DNA of 63,733 bases, counting the filler. It is 9 parts of 9 records of this genome, joined end to end, with 100 filler letters (N's around TTAATTAATTAA, not from the genome) between each part and the next. Parts side by side here need not be neighbours in the genome. Positions count along the whole stretch, not along the records: positions 21,081 to 29,390 come from SRR7504441_6124; positions 29,491 to 34,818 come from SRR7504441_6130; 7 more parts are not named here. One strand, given 5' to 3'. Shown here one piece after another: positions 21,162-31,833 of the stretch; the first letter of the stretch is position 1; each line of letters starts with the position of its first letter. The position numbers were made by a program, and so were the translations under genes. Below the pieces are notes generated by a model, which had not been told where the DNA came from, ran no database searches, and saw only the letters and a program-made list of their open reading frames with translations.

Positions 21162-22776
21162 ATGCCCGCTTGTCAAGAATGCGGCTGTCAGTTCGATAAC
21201 CCGATGCTCCTCCGGCAGCACCGCAAGTGCTGCCCCCCACCCCCGCCCCCGCCCGACGACGCCGGTCCGCTCCCCCGCCGGGCCCCGCCCATCCGGTGTG
21301 TCAGAGCTGGTGGCCGAGAGCCTCTACTGCACAGCCCCGGCCGACCCGACCCCGCCGGCGGAACGCCCCACCCCGCGGCGCCGGCCAATCGCCCGGGTGC
21401 TCCCGACCGGCAGCCCCATGCAGCGCCGCCAACGCGACCGGCGCATCCAGGCCGACGTGACTCCCGGCGGCCGACTGTCGCGACCGGCGGGGCAGGTGCG
21501 CTGGGGCCGGAACAAGGCAACGGTGGAGATCAACCCGTGAGTCGGCCGGGATAGGCTGGGCCGAGCCCGGGGGCAGATGTGCGCAGCTGCCGCAGCTGCT
21601 CGAGCAGCTCGGGAGAGTGGAGGGCCTGCCCGAGCAGCCTCGGCTGGTCTGCAACGGCACATTGCTCCCTGCAGGCCAACGGCTGAGCTCCGTGCTCCAT
21701 CCGAGCAGCTGGTGCGCGCCTGCCTGTGTGGCTCTGAGCTGGGAGGTACAGCCGCGCCAAGCTGAGGCTGATAGAGCAGCCAGCCGGTCCGTGCAACGAG
21801 CGGGTGACGCTCAGTGTCCGGTGGGCCGCGGCCCGGGGCTGGGCGAGTGTGCGGATAGGTCTTTGGACAAGTGGAGCTGCACGCTGCGGGCCCGCCCGGC
21901 TGACCTGGTGCCTGGAGCCTACAGGGGCCTGTGCCAGCCAGGGGACAGATCAAGAGTTTGTATCGAAGGATCTTAGGCCGGAGGACCAGCGACCCAGTGG
22001 GTTGATGCCATGGCAGGAGCGAGTAGTGGGCGCAGGTGGACGCGTGGACGCTGCACCTGCCTGGGCTGCCGCTGCTGCACAAGGAGCATACGCTGGCCGA
22101 TTACGGTAGCCCTGCTCCGATGGCGGCACGAGTCGGCCCAGGGATCACTGACAACGAGCTGCTGTACTGGCTGCCCACCTCGCACCCCGAGGTGCTCCCT
22201 GGCCAGTCAGCTCTGACCCGGTGCAGGCTTCTAGGAGGATGCATGCCATAGCCCCGGCCAGCCGCCCGACAAGGCCTCCAAAGCCACTCCGTCGCGGTTT
22301 CCTGCTGAGCCGGCCCTCGGTCTCCGGTATCTGCCTGGTAAATTTGCTGGCGCGAGGAGCTGGCGGGCGCAGATGTACCAGCAGAGGAGCCGGAGGCGGC
22401 AGAGGAGGCCGAGTCGGTTGTGGAAGCGCTGTATTCAGGGGTATTCAATTCTCCACAGCTGGCTGTGCCTGAGACATCAGCGGACGCCTTGCTAGCGGAT
22501 GCGGGCGGGAGGGCGGGCAGCAAGCGGCGTAAACACAAGCGGCCGCGCTGCCAGGTGTGTGGGGCGGCGCTGTCGATGGCGGCTTGTGCGATGAGGCAGT
22601 GCAAGTGCAATGGGAGCTTTTGCTCGGAGCATCGACTGCCAGGTAGCCAGATTGCCTGATTGTGGAGTCAGCTCACTCACTCCTTGGGGGCAGAGCAACA
22701 CCAATGCGTGCTGGACTATAAATCAGGCACGCAGCTGCCCCAACCGGTGGTTCCGCCCAAGGTTTTCCCCATCTGA
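21162..22776 (+). CDS. Ubiquitin-like plus AN1 zinc-finger protein (ZFAND4-like architecture); multi-exon
   Basis: N-terminal C..C.F...L.QH knuckle; Ubl-like RLVCNG..L and TLADYGI.D (after intron 22106-22141); AN1 finger RCQVC...CKC.G.FC.EHRLPEQH.C..DYK. Middle exons are approximate. Confidence 0.6.
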
Positions 22777-22897
22777 TTAAAATCATGATTATAGTGACTA
22801 TGATTGCACTATTGCAATTGGTCGTGTTTATCGCCGGAACGTCCCATTCTATTCGAATAAACCGGAACTATTATACTAAGAAAGCTGTTCTAATGGC

Positions 22898-24480
22898 CTA
22901 ACATAATGTTTTCCGTTGGGTCCTTGGTAACCACACTGGAAGGTCCGGAATTGGATGGATTTGCTTTGGTGTGATACTATTTCTAGCAGACGCGGCTGCA
23001 ACAAGAGCAAAAGAATCAAGAATTACAAAACCAGGCACAAAGATGCTTTTGCTTACCGTACGGAACATTCTTTTGCCACTTCTCTAATCGTATTGATGGA
23101 CCTTGCCTCTTATCGATGTCCCCTGCCGACGTGAAGGCTCAATGAGTTGAGCAAAGCACAAGGCACCGAAAGGCGGAGTGCGGTGCCATGCGTCGTATGG
23201 CCACACCTCCTTTGGCTGTCACACAGCAGGTTAGTTGGCCTGGCCAGTGTGCTCGCGCAACCTTAAGTCCTACCCAACCAGGTGCTGTCTGACGGAGTTC
23301 ATCGTGCCGCTCCTTCTGTTGCTGTCCAGGCCACTCAGCCTGTTAGAGGCTTGCCAAAGCCAAACCCTGCTCAGCCGCATTTGGAACCCGAGTCTTGATT
23401 CCTGATGACACGCGCAACACTCAGCACTGTTCAAGCGGCCTTGGTGCTCACTGGAGTGCGGGGTGGCATCTGGCCCAGATCTCGCTCCACCTTTCGAAGT
23501 TCCTCAGCAATTTCAGCTCTGGCCTCCCTGTGCCAACTGTGAGTCACGGCAAGATACAAGCTGACCTGAGCTCCTCCTCAACTGCCGGATCTATGGAGCG
23601 CGTTCCTCCGAGAGATTTCACCGTCTGCCATTACAGTCGGCCAGGCCAAGCAAGACTAGGGCCTGGTCTGCCTCGCTACACACGCGCTCGACTCGTGTGC
23701 CAAGAGGCGTTCCACACTTGCGTTTCCTGTCTCGCGCTGAGCAGGCAGCGCCCACAGAGCAGACCACTGGCGGCGCTCTTGATCCAGCTTATCGGCCCTT
23801 AGGTTGGTGAGAGCCATCGAGCCCCGCACTGTTGACGGTGCAGTGCTCCCACGGTAACCTGCATGCCCAGTCAGCAGTGCGCCGGGCGGCCAATCGCCTG
23901 CAAGGTTGCCCAGCCGGTTTGTTGTGTCAAAGAACTGATTGGGGGTTCCAAAGAATTGGTCCCGGTACATGAAGTCGGGCTCCTTGGCCGTCATCTCCGG
24001 CGGCGACATGTAGGACGTGTCCTCCGGCGGGTCGTACTTCGGGCGCGGCTTCCTGCCAGGCCCTCATCAGCCAGTACTGGCGCCGCCAGGGGACCCTGGA
24101 CGGGCCATTGCCGCCACATGCTGACCAATATTGGCACGCAGCAGCTCTGCCGCTGGGTAACGCCGGCACAGCAAGGCCGGCACCGCGGTTTTGAGGCATG
24201 CCATAGTGGTGCGGCAGCGGATCCACACCAGGCCGGACCACACCCGTCTCGGCGCAGTACTGCTTCAGCTCCGCTCGCTTCTGAGAGCCGGCGCCCAGCC
24301 GGTTGAACGTGATGGAGCTGCAGCCGCTGCTGAGCCCACGGCCCTGCCAGGGGGGCACCGAGCGTCGCCGGGCCGCTCGCCGTGGCGGAGGTTCCACTTG
24401 GCGATGGCCTTGTCCTCGCGCTGGATGTTCTCAAAGAGCACCAGCGGCTCCTCCTTGCACCGCGCCATCCCGCCCGGCAT
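22898..24480 (-). CDS. Intron-rich hypothetical protein
   Basis: A chain of about 10 short GT-AG introns gives a continuous frame from MPGGMARCKEEP to ...RTQRKTLC*. No domain recognised. Confidence 0.5.
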
Positions 24481-24569
24481 GGCTATCCTGGCTGACCGCG
24501 GGGTGTCACAGCGCTCAAGATAGGCCTTCACTAAGGATAAAATAACGGAATAGTAACGGCCGCGGCAAA

Positions 24570-25473
24570 ATGCTGGCCGCAGTCTGTACGTCCGTCCCTG
24601 GAAAGGGCCGGGGGCTGGTGGCGGGCCGGGCGGTGGGACTGGGCCAGCCGGTGCTGCGCGAGCTGCCCATCGGGTGGGCTCCGATCGACCGGCCGCCGCC
24701 TGGGCTGGACCCCTCCTGCTTCGACCGGCTGATCGGGCTGAGCCGCTCGGGCGGGCTGCGGTTCCCGCTGCTCTCAGCCGCGCTGGTGCGGGCCAGCCTG
24801 GTGGCCCCGGGCGGGTTCGATCAGTTTTGGTCGGGAGTGGCCGAGCTGTGCAGGGCGCGGGTGGAGGCGATCCCGCCGGTGGCTGCCGAGACAGGCGACG
24901 CTAAGGGGGGGGCAGGCTTGGCGGGAGGCGCACCAGGCGGTGCAGGAGGGGTGCGAGGCACAGTTCGGGGCCGGGGCGCTGTTCGAGTCTCGGCTGGGGC
25001 TCGAGTGGTTCGTTCAGCTGCAAGGCGCTCGGGCCCAGCTGGGCATAAGACGAGTCGGGTGCGGCCAGGCGCGCTGCACCTAAACGTGATGCGACTGGAG
25101 GCGCCGGCGCCGATCGGCCAGGTGAGCACGGCGGTGCGGCATGGTGTGAGGGTGTGCTGAGCAGGTGTCGGCGCTGTTTCTAGAGGGTTCTATGCTCAAT
25201 CATGAATGTGCGCCGAACTTAGAGGTACACACTCTGCCGCACCAAGACGGCTGGCTTGCCGAGTTCCGGACCACGCGGGCAGTAGCACCGGGCGAAGAGC
25301 TGAGTATCGAGTAGCGACGCACTGGGTTCCATCTTGAATGATTCTTGCTGGGCAGATATGACCGGAGGAGGGAAGGCGAGTCGCAGACGGATTTGCGAGA
25401 ACGGCTTAGGAGTAACTATGGCTTCGAGTGCCGGTGTAGTGTGTGTATGCCTAGTTCGGATAAACCAGTCTAG
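24570..25473 (+). CDS. SMYD-like SET-domain methyltransferase; 5 exons
   Basis: GKGRGLVA, SMLNHECAPN, GEELSIEY and post-SET YGFECRCSVC; includes GC-AG intron 25025-25068. Confidence 0.8.
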
Positions 25474-25486
25474 TGCGCCGGGCGCG

Positions 25487-25891
25487 TCACTTGGTGATCA
25501 CGTACACTTTGCGAATGGTCTCGGTAACCTCCCAGGTGCCGGCCCATCCGGTGGGCAGTGTGTGCCACGAGCCGGGCTCCAACCGGTGCTCGGTGCCGTC
25601 CTGGTCGGTGATAGTGGCCTTGCCCGAGATTATAAACACCGTCTCGGTCGACGTCCGCGCCGGCACCGGGAACTTGCCTTTCTGGCACTCCCACAGACCG
25701 GCGGCCAGCTTCTCGCCGGCCCGGGGCACCAGCCCGTCAAAAGCGAGCGCCGAGAAGTGCGGTCCGCCCGGGACGCGCTCACCCTTCGGGCTCAGTGTGG
25801 CAGATGGCCAGGTCGCGATCCCAGGCCGCGTGGCTAGCATATACCCTGCAACCCCGCCGACAGCAAGACCGCCGAGTGCCGAAGACAACAT
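25487..25891 (-). CDS. Cupin_3/EutQ-like cupin with an N-terminal hydrophobic segment
   Basis: GLWECQKGKF, ETVFIISG.ATITD.DG and LP.GW.GTWEV.ETIRKVYV. Confidence 0.85.
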   Translation of the reverse strand: MLSSALGGLAVGGVAGYMLATRPGIATWPSATLSPKGERVPGGPHFSALAFDGLVPRAGEKLAAGLWECQKGKFPVPARTSTETVFIISGKATITDQDGTEHRLEPGSWHTLPTGWAGTWEVTETIRKVYVITK

Positions 25892-25915
25892 TGCTCCCAA
25901 GCAATAATAACGGAC

Positions 25916-26869
25916 ATGCCGGTTCTGGCAGAGCTGCGGGTGTATCCGGTCAAGTCGTGCGGCCCGGTGCAGCTCACCCGGGCCTGGGCCACAGCGTCGG
26001 GGCTGGGCCTGTCCCCGGATCGGCCGATCGACCGGCAGTGGTGCGTGGTGGACGGCGAGGGGCTGGTGCAGGACATCCGAGTGATCCCGGCCCTGGCCAC
26101 CATCCGCGTCCAGCTGGGCCCGTCATGGCTCGAGCTCCGGGACTCGCTCCGGCCGGACGCGCCGCCCCTCCGGCTCCCGCTCGAGCCCGACAGCCAGCCC
26201 GGAATCACTGTGCTCGACAGGCACGCCAACAAATGGTTTGGGACCCCGCTGCGCGCCCAGTGCTGCGGACAAGCCGCCGCCGACTGGATCACCGGGTTCG
26301 TATCGCGGCATGGGCCCCGGTTCGCCAGAGGCCAGCCGATGCGTATTGCGCGGTACCTGGGTGGCCGGTCCGTGTTCAAGCACTTCGGGGGGAAGAGCCC
26401 TTTGGCGCGGGTGGCCGAGCGGCAGGACTCGGCCGGGTTTGCCGACGGGGCCGCGTTCCATCTGCTCTCGACTGCGAGCCTGGACGATCTGGCCGGCCGA
26501 GTGGGCAGCCGGCAGCGGGCGGCAGCTGAGCGGTTCCGTGCGAACTTGATTGTGTCGGGAGGCGAGGCTTATGACGAAGACAGGTGGCACCGTGTGCAGA
26601 TCGGTGACGCGGTCTTCCGGCGGCTGGGCCCTTGCGCTAGGTGTGTGATCCCGACGACCGACCCGGCGACTGGCGAGCGGGACGAGGATGCTGAGCCGCG
26701 AGAGACTCTCAAGAGCTTCCGGTCGATGCCATACGGAGATGGCGAGCATGGGGGGCCGACTTTTGGGGTGTGGTATGCCGGGGGCGGGGGGGAGCTGCGG
26801 GTTGGACAGCCGCTGGCCATCGTCGAGGAGGCCGAGTGGCACATGCCGCCGCGCCCGAGCAAACTGTGA
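25916..26869 (+). CDS. MOSC-domain molybdoenzyme (mARC/YcbX-like)
   Basis: YPVKSC, DRQW, FADG, RFRANL.V.G, EDRW and C.RC..PT.DP.TG motifs. Confidence 0.9.
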   Translation: MPVLAELRVYPVKSCGPVQLTRAWATASGLGLSPDRPIDRQWCVVDGEGLVQDIRVIPALATIRVQLGPSWLELRDSLRPDAPPLRLPLEPDSQPGITVLDRHANKWFGTPLRAQCCGQAAADWITGFVSRHGPRFARGQPMRIARYLGGRSVFKHFGGKSPLARVAERQDSAGFADGAAFHLLSTASLDDLAGRVGSRQRAAAERFRANLIVSGGEAYDEDRWHRVQIGDAVFRRLGPCARCVIPTTDPATGERDEDAEPRETLKSFRSMPYGDGEHGGPTFGVWYAGGGGELRVGQPLAIVEEAEWHMPPRPSKL

Positions 26870-27074
26870 TTCAATCACTCAATGAGACATTGGGGTTCCG
26901 GTTCAGTGATCACAACTACTTGATAGTAACATTTTAATTACCCCATGGGAGCCGGGGAGCGTGGCCCAGGAGTGACTGTCCCGACTCTTTGAAACTTGGA
27001 ACTAGCTTACTGATAAGTACTAGTATTAAAATTGCGCGGTTGCGTGCTTCGAAGCCATTTTTTAGTTCAGTGGA

Positions 27075-27651
27075 GTATTTACTAATGACCAACGATATTA
27101 CAACGATTGCGGCCCGCACCTGGGGAAGCACACTTGCTGCCTGCACAGTGACATCAGCACTTGCTCGTCTGCGTGCTTGGGCTTGAGGATGAAATCCTTG
27201 ACGGAAGGCAGCTGCACCAACGCTGCTGAGTGCCGTTAAGACGGTTGGCGCACCTCATCTTCAGTCACAAAGATACAGAAGCACCGTGCTCGATCATCAA
27301 TTTGAGCACTTTGGGCCCATGCGCCATCCAGTCATCGGTCCGCACCACCCTAATCGTCAATTCGGGCACTTTGGACCCCGCCGCGCCCACTTTACACATC
27401 TGCATCAGCGCGATCTCGGCCATCAGAAGGCTCTGAGGATTACTGCTCCCCGAGGGCATCAGCATAAAGTAAATCCACTCCTGAACCGCCCCCGACTGCC
27501 TCTGCACACTCTGTGGAAGGAACGGGCACTCCATCCGGGTGTCTACCACCGCCAGAACCTTCTTGCCCACAATCCGGCCGTCTGGCTGGACCCCTTCGCC
27601 CGCTCGAGCTGCAGAGCACCTCACCACCAGGCCCGCCGAAAGCGCATGCAA
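27075..27651 (-). pseudogene. Possible gene remnant flanked by direct repeats
   Basis: Coding-like GC-rich sequence with no clean start or spliced frame, lying between two copies of a 51-nt repeat. Confidence 0.25.
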
Positions 27652-27731
27652 CTAGTATATATAGTACCATGCGGTAATGTTATTGAATCAGCTATTATTG
27701 AAGATGCGCGGGTGCTTTCTTCGAAGCCATT

Positions 27732-29129
27732 TCATAGTTCAGTGGAAACTGCCGATGGTTGACGTGCAATTAGCGCCAACAAACTTACCAAGCCGATCGC
27801 TGCTACGACCACACGCCAATCGCATAGACCGACAACATTACACACGTGCAGCCGAGCCTCCACAGCCAGCGAATGCAGCCGCTTCTGCCCCGGCGATCGT
27901 ATATGGCGCATCAGCTCTGGCCTGGCACCAGGGAGCCTCCGCCAGCCGAGCGCCGAGTCCAGTAAGCCAGTCTCTATCTGATCGCACAGCGCCGCAGCAA
28001 CCTTGGCGTGCCCCTTGGCGCCCCAGTGCTCGAGCACCCCCCCGTCCTCCGGCCATTTGAGCCCAATCGAGTCCAGCTTGGCCACGGATATTAGCCGGTC
28101 GTCGGACTGAGCGCAGTACTCCCGGACAGCCTCCTGCGTGTACTCGGCTAGGGTGTGCTTGCCTTGGTCGGCGGCAATGTACATCGGTGTGTCCAGCGAA
28201 TAGATCACCACCAGCAAGCACGCAGTGCGCCGGGTGGCCCTGATACGCTGCAGTAGCGAAACGTACGCCGACACGAATTGCTGCTTGCTCGGGGGAGTCC
28301 TCCCTCCAAACAAATCGTTGCCCCCACAGGCCACTAGAACGAGTTGCGGCTGCCATGACCCCGGCTTGAAGACTGAGCTCGGGTCGGCTGCTACCGCCCG
28401 GCTGTAGACAGCTTCCATCCCGACGTGTGCCGCCGGGTCGCTGCTGGGTGGATCGCAGTTGGCGGCGTTGACGGCCACGCCGATCCCGGACCAGGCCACC
28501 ATCGACGGTTCAGCCCCGAGCATGCGGGCCAGGATGTAGCCCCATGTGTTGAGCACGTTCTGGGTGTGGTGTCGCATCCCGAACAGCACCGCCCGCAGCC
28601 CGATCTCCGACGCGGTGCCGTGGTTGCCAAACCCAGCCGCATCCGAGTCGCCCACGATCTCAATCCGGCGGCTCTCACCGGCAGGGCTGGCACAGAGCTC
28701 CCAGCCGGGGCTCACCTGGAGCCGGTGCAGCACGGCCGGGACGGTGGCCAGGCGGGGTGGGCACAGCTCGGACGGGGGGCACAGCTGGATCAGGCACGAT
28801 TCTGTCCGTTTGACCAGCCAGACTGTGGTCGGCCCGTCGGCGTCCGGAAGCGGCAGCCGGTGCTCGGCCGGGCGGCCGGTGGTCTGGATGGCCGACTGGA
28901 CCCGGTGGCCGATCACGGCGTCAAAGTACCGCCCGCCCGATACGGTGAGCTGCAGCTCCGGCGGCGGGTGCGGGCCGGGGCCCCCAGCCGGGCGGACCGT
29001 CAGCTCGATTCCGGCCTGGAAGTCGAGCGTCAGCCCGCCGTCGGGGCTCGGGGCCCAGCGATCGCCGACCACCCGCAGCAGCTCCATGCGCAGCAGCTCC
29101 GCCGCCCCGCCGCCGCGCGAGCCCTCCAT
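27732..29129 (-). CDS. SGNH hydrolase, carbohydrate esterase family 2-like, with a C-terminal TM anchor
   Basis: VKRTES, RRIEIVGDS...GFG, AWSGIG, GGND and EHWG.KGH motifs. Confidence 0.8.
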   Translation of the reverse strand: MEGSRGGGAAELLRMELLRVVGDRWAPSPDGGLTLDFQAGIELTVRPAGGPGPHPPPELQLTVSGGRYFDAVIGHRVQSAIQTTGRPAEHRLPLPDADGPTTVWLVKRTESCLIQLCPPSELCPPRLATVPAVLHRLQVSPGWELCASPAGESRRIEIVGDSDAAGFGNHGTASEIGLRAVLFGMRHHTQNVLNTWGYILARMLGAEPSMVAWSGIGVAVNAANCDPPSSDPAAHVGMEAVYSRAVAADPSSVFKPGSWQPQLVLVACGGNDLFGGRTPPSKQQFVSAYVSLLQRIRATRRTACLLVVIYSLDTPMYIAADQGKHTLAEYTQEAVREYCAQSDDRLISVAKLDSIGLKWPEDGGVLEHWGAKGHAKVAAALCDQIETGLLDSALGWRRLPGARPELMRHIRSPGQKRLHSLAVEARLHVCNVVGLCDWRVVVAAIGLVSLLALIARQPSAVSTEL

Positions 29130-29390
29130 CAGCCGATTCAGCCCGCCTCAGAAGGTCGTTGTTGTTGTCTCAGAAGTGCCCGCCAGCAAGAGTACAGCGT
29201 AGCTCGTCGTCAAGGCCGCGAGGACGGTAGTCTGGCCTTTCCACACAGTTGGAGTCGTCGCTTCTCAAATAATGGTGCTGCCCAAAACAGGACACCCACC
29301 TGCCTGTGAGTCAAACCTTGTTGCTCCGACTCTATGCTCTCCTCGGCGACGTGCAGCTTGGCTGCGGCCTAACTAAGACCTTTAACACTA

Positions 29391-29490
29391 NNNNNNNNNN
29401 NNNNNNNNNNNNNNNNNNNNNNNNNNNNNNNNNNTTAATTAATTAANNNNNNNNNNNNNNNNNNNNNNNNNNNNNNNNNNNNNNNNNNNN
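29391..29490. other. Artificial contig linker
   Basis: N44-TTAATTAATTAA-N44. Confidence 0.97.
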
Positions 29491-29590
29491 CGTCCGTGGC
29501 CGGCTCCGCCACGGCCAGCTTACAGCTGCACGCCCTCGTTTGGCCGGAGTAACCGCACACATCTCGAGCGTAGCGGCCTCACGCAGCTGA

Positions 29591-31678
29591 ATGTGGTCGC
29601 ACGATGGGCGTGAGCTGCCGGCTGAGCGTGTGCTGCACGATGGGCGTGACATGCCGGCGGCTCTGGTAAAGCGGGCCTCGTTCTACCTCGGGCCAGGCGC
29701 GTCGCAGCGCGTGGAGGCCCTGGCAGCCGACCCGGACGACCAGCCGGCCGGGTTCAGCCTGGAGAGCTGCCTGGACGCGACGGCCGCCCTGCAGTGCGTG
29801 GCCAAGTTCCCGTCCACGCCGCACCTGTTCGACGCGGCCAGCTGGCTCGGCGGGCCGGGGGCGCTCGGGCAGGGCGACACGCTGCTCAAGGAGCCGACGG
29901 CCCGGGCGCGATTCCTCGGGGGCGAGCTGGCCAGGGCCGAGGAGAAGCTGGACGGGGCCAATCTGGCTGTGTTCTTCGAGCCTGGTAACGGCAAGTGCCC
30001 CGGGCACGGGCTGCCCCGGCCGAGCTACAAGAACCGGGGCAAGAGCGTGTGTAGCACCAGCTCGGCGCAGTATGGTGGGTCGGCCGGCAAGGGGCTCGAC
30101 GCCTGGATGGACGTCCGGCACTGCACGCTGTGGCGGCTGCTCGGGTGGCGGTACATGCTGTTCGGCGAGTGGTGTTATCTGGTGCACTCGGTGCGCTACA
30201 CGGGGCTGCCCGATTACTTTGTCGCGTTTGATGTGTATGACCGTGTTGAGGGCAAGTACCTGAGCGCTGATAGGAGGGAGGCAATGCTCGCCGGCTCGGG
30301 GATCGCCACGGTGCCACATATAGCCACCGACCGCTGGTCGGAGCACTCAATTCGGGAGCTGATCTACGGCGAATCCGGGGCGGGCGCCCGCTGCTCGGCG
30401 TGCAACCTTGGAGTGCCAGTAGAGGGCGTGTATCTGCGGGTGGACCGGGATGGCTGGCTCGAGAGCAGAGCCAAAGTGGTCCGGCACGACTTCATCCAGG
30501 GTATAGAAGACAACGGCCGGTGGGAGAGGCAGAAGCCGGTATTCCAGCTGCGGGAGACCAGCGGATGGGGATGGTTCAATGGAACTCGTTGCTGCGGGAC
30601 ATCGGATGTGTTCCACGCGCCGCCCGAGTTGGAGCCAGGCTATTCGCCTGAGCTGGACGGGTCGCCCGCGGAGGCTGAAGGGGTCGAACTGGAGCAGCCC
30701 GAGCCGGCGGCGCCTGCAGCTGCAGAGGATACGGAAGTTCGAGTCTCGCGGAAGGGCAAGCGGGCTGGTCCAGGCTGGAAGCTGCTCATTCTGGTGGGCG
30801 TGCAGGGGTGCGCCGGAGCCAAGTCTGGCGGCCGAGCCCGGGGCAGGTGCGGGAAGAGCAGCTTCGCGGATGCACTGTGCCAGGCGCACGGGGGCTGGGT
30901 CCGGGTGTGTCAGGACGAGGACGACGGGAGCCGTTACCTTACTGAACGGCACCTGGGGACGGCTGCAAGGCAAGGGCACCCTATGGTGCTCGACCGGTGC
31001 AACTTTTCGGCGTCGGACCGGAAAGAGTGGATGAAAGTGGCGATGGTGACTCCGAGGGAGACGGCGGTTGTGTTCTTTGATTTCCCTCCGGAGCTCTGCA
31101 AATTGAGAGTAATGATGCGTCGAGCGCACCCCACCATACCGTTCGGTGCAGCCCAGTCCGGGTGGGTGTGATGCGCGAGGCAGGTAAGGGGGGCCGGATT
31201 GTGGACTCCACTCAAAAGAAGATGGAGCCGCCTGCTAGTCGAGAAGGGTTTGGTGACTTGTTCGTGGTCAAATCAACCGACGATGCGCATCGGTGCCTCG
31301 CTGTGCCGCCGAGTAGGGATCCCGGCGAGCAGGTTGCTCGCGGCGTGGGGCGCGTCCAAGCCTCGGTTCGGCCCGTGGTCGCAGGCTGCCGAGATTCTGG
31401 CCCAGTTCACAATCAGTCAGCTTGACAAGCCGAGCATTCGCATCCCTTTCCACGCAGCGTGCCGCTTTGGTTTGGAGGCTGTGGAGTGGGAAGGCTGTGT
31501 CGAGCCGGCCGTGTTTGCTGGGGCCTTGATCCAGTTTGTCTGCTCCAATCTAGTCGACACGATCTCGGAAGAGCAGGTCGCACAGTTTGTCGGGTGCACG
31601 GTCGCTGAGCTGAGCGCCTGCTCGGAGGAGCATGTGCTACCGATGGCCTACGAGATATCGCAGCACTTGTGGGGCTGA
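29591..31678 (+). CDS. ATP-dependent RNA ligase fused to a polynucleotide-kinase-type P-loop domain and a helical C-terminal domain
   Basis: Ligase motifs KFP.TPHL, EEKLDGAN, FGEW, AFDV, EGVY.R and AKVV. Removing intron 30808-30846 restores Walker A GVQGCGKS, followed by VCQD, LDRCN, HPTI and EGF. Two more short introns lead to the stop at 31678. Confidence 0.82.
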
Positions 31679-31833
31679 TTAAACGTGCTAATGCCCCGTA
31701 TATCTTACGTCGGAAACAAACTCCGTGTACTTATTACAAGCCGCGTGAAACCGTACATGTACGACATGCGGACATGTAACCCGCGGTAAACCGGCCGGAT
31801 TGGTGCTAAATTTGGTGCCTCATCGAATCACGC

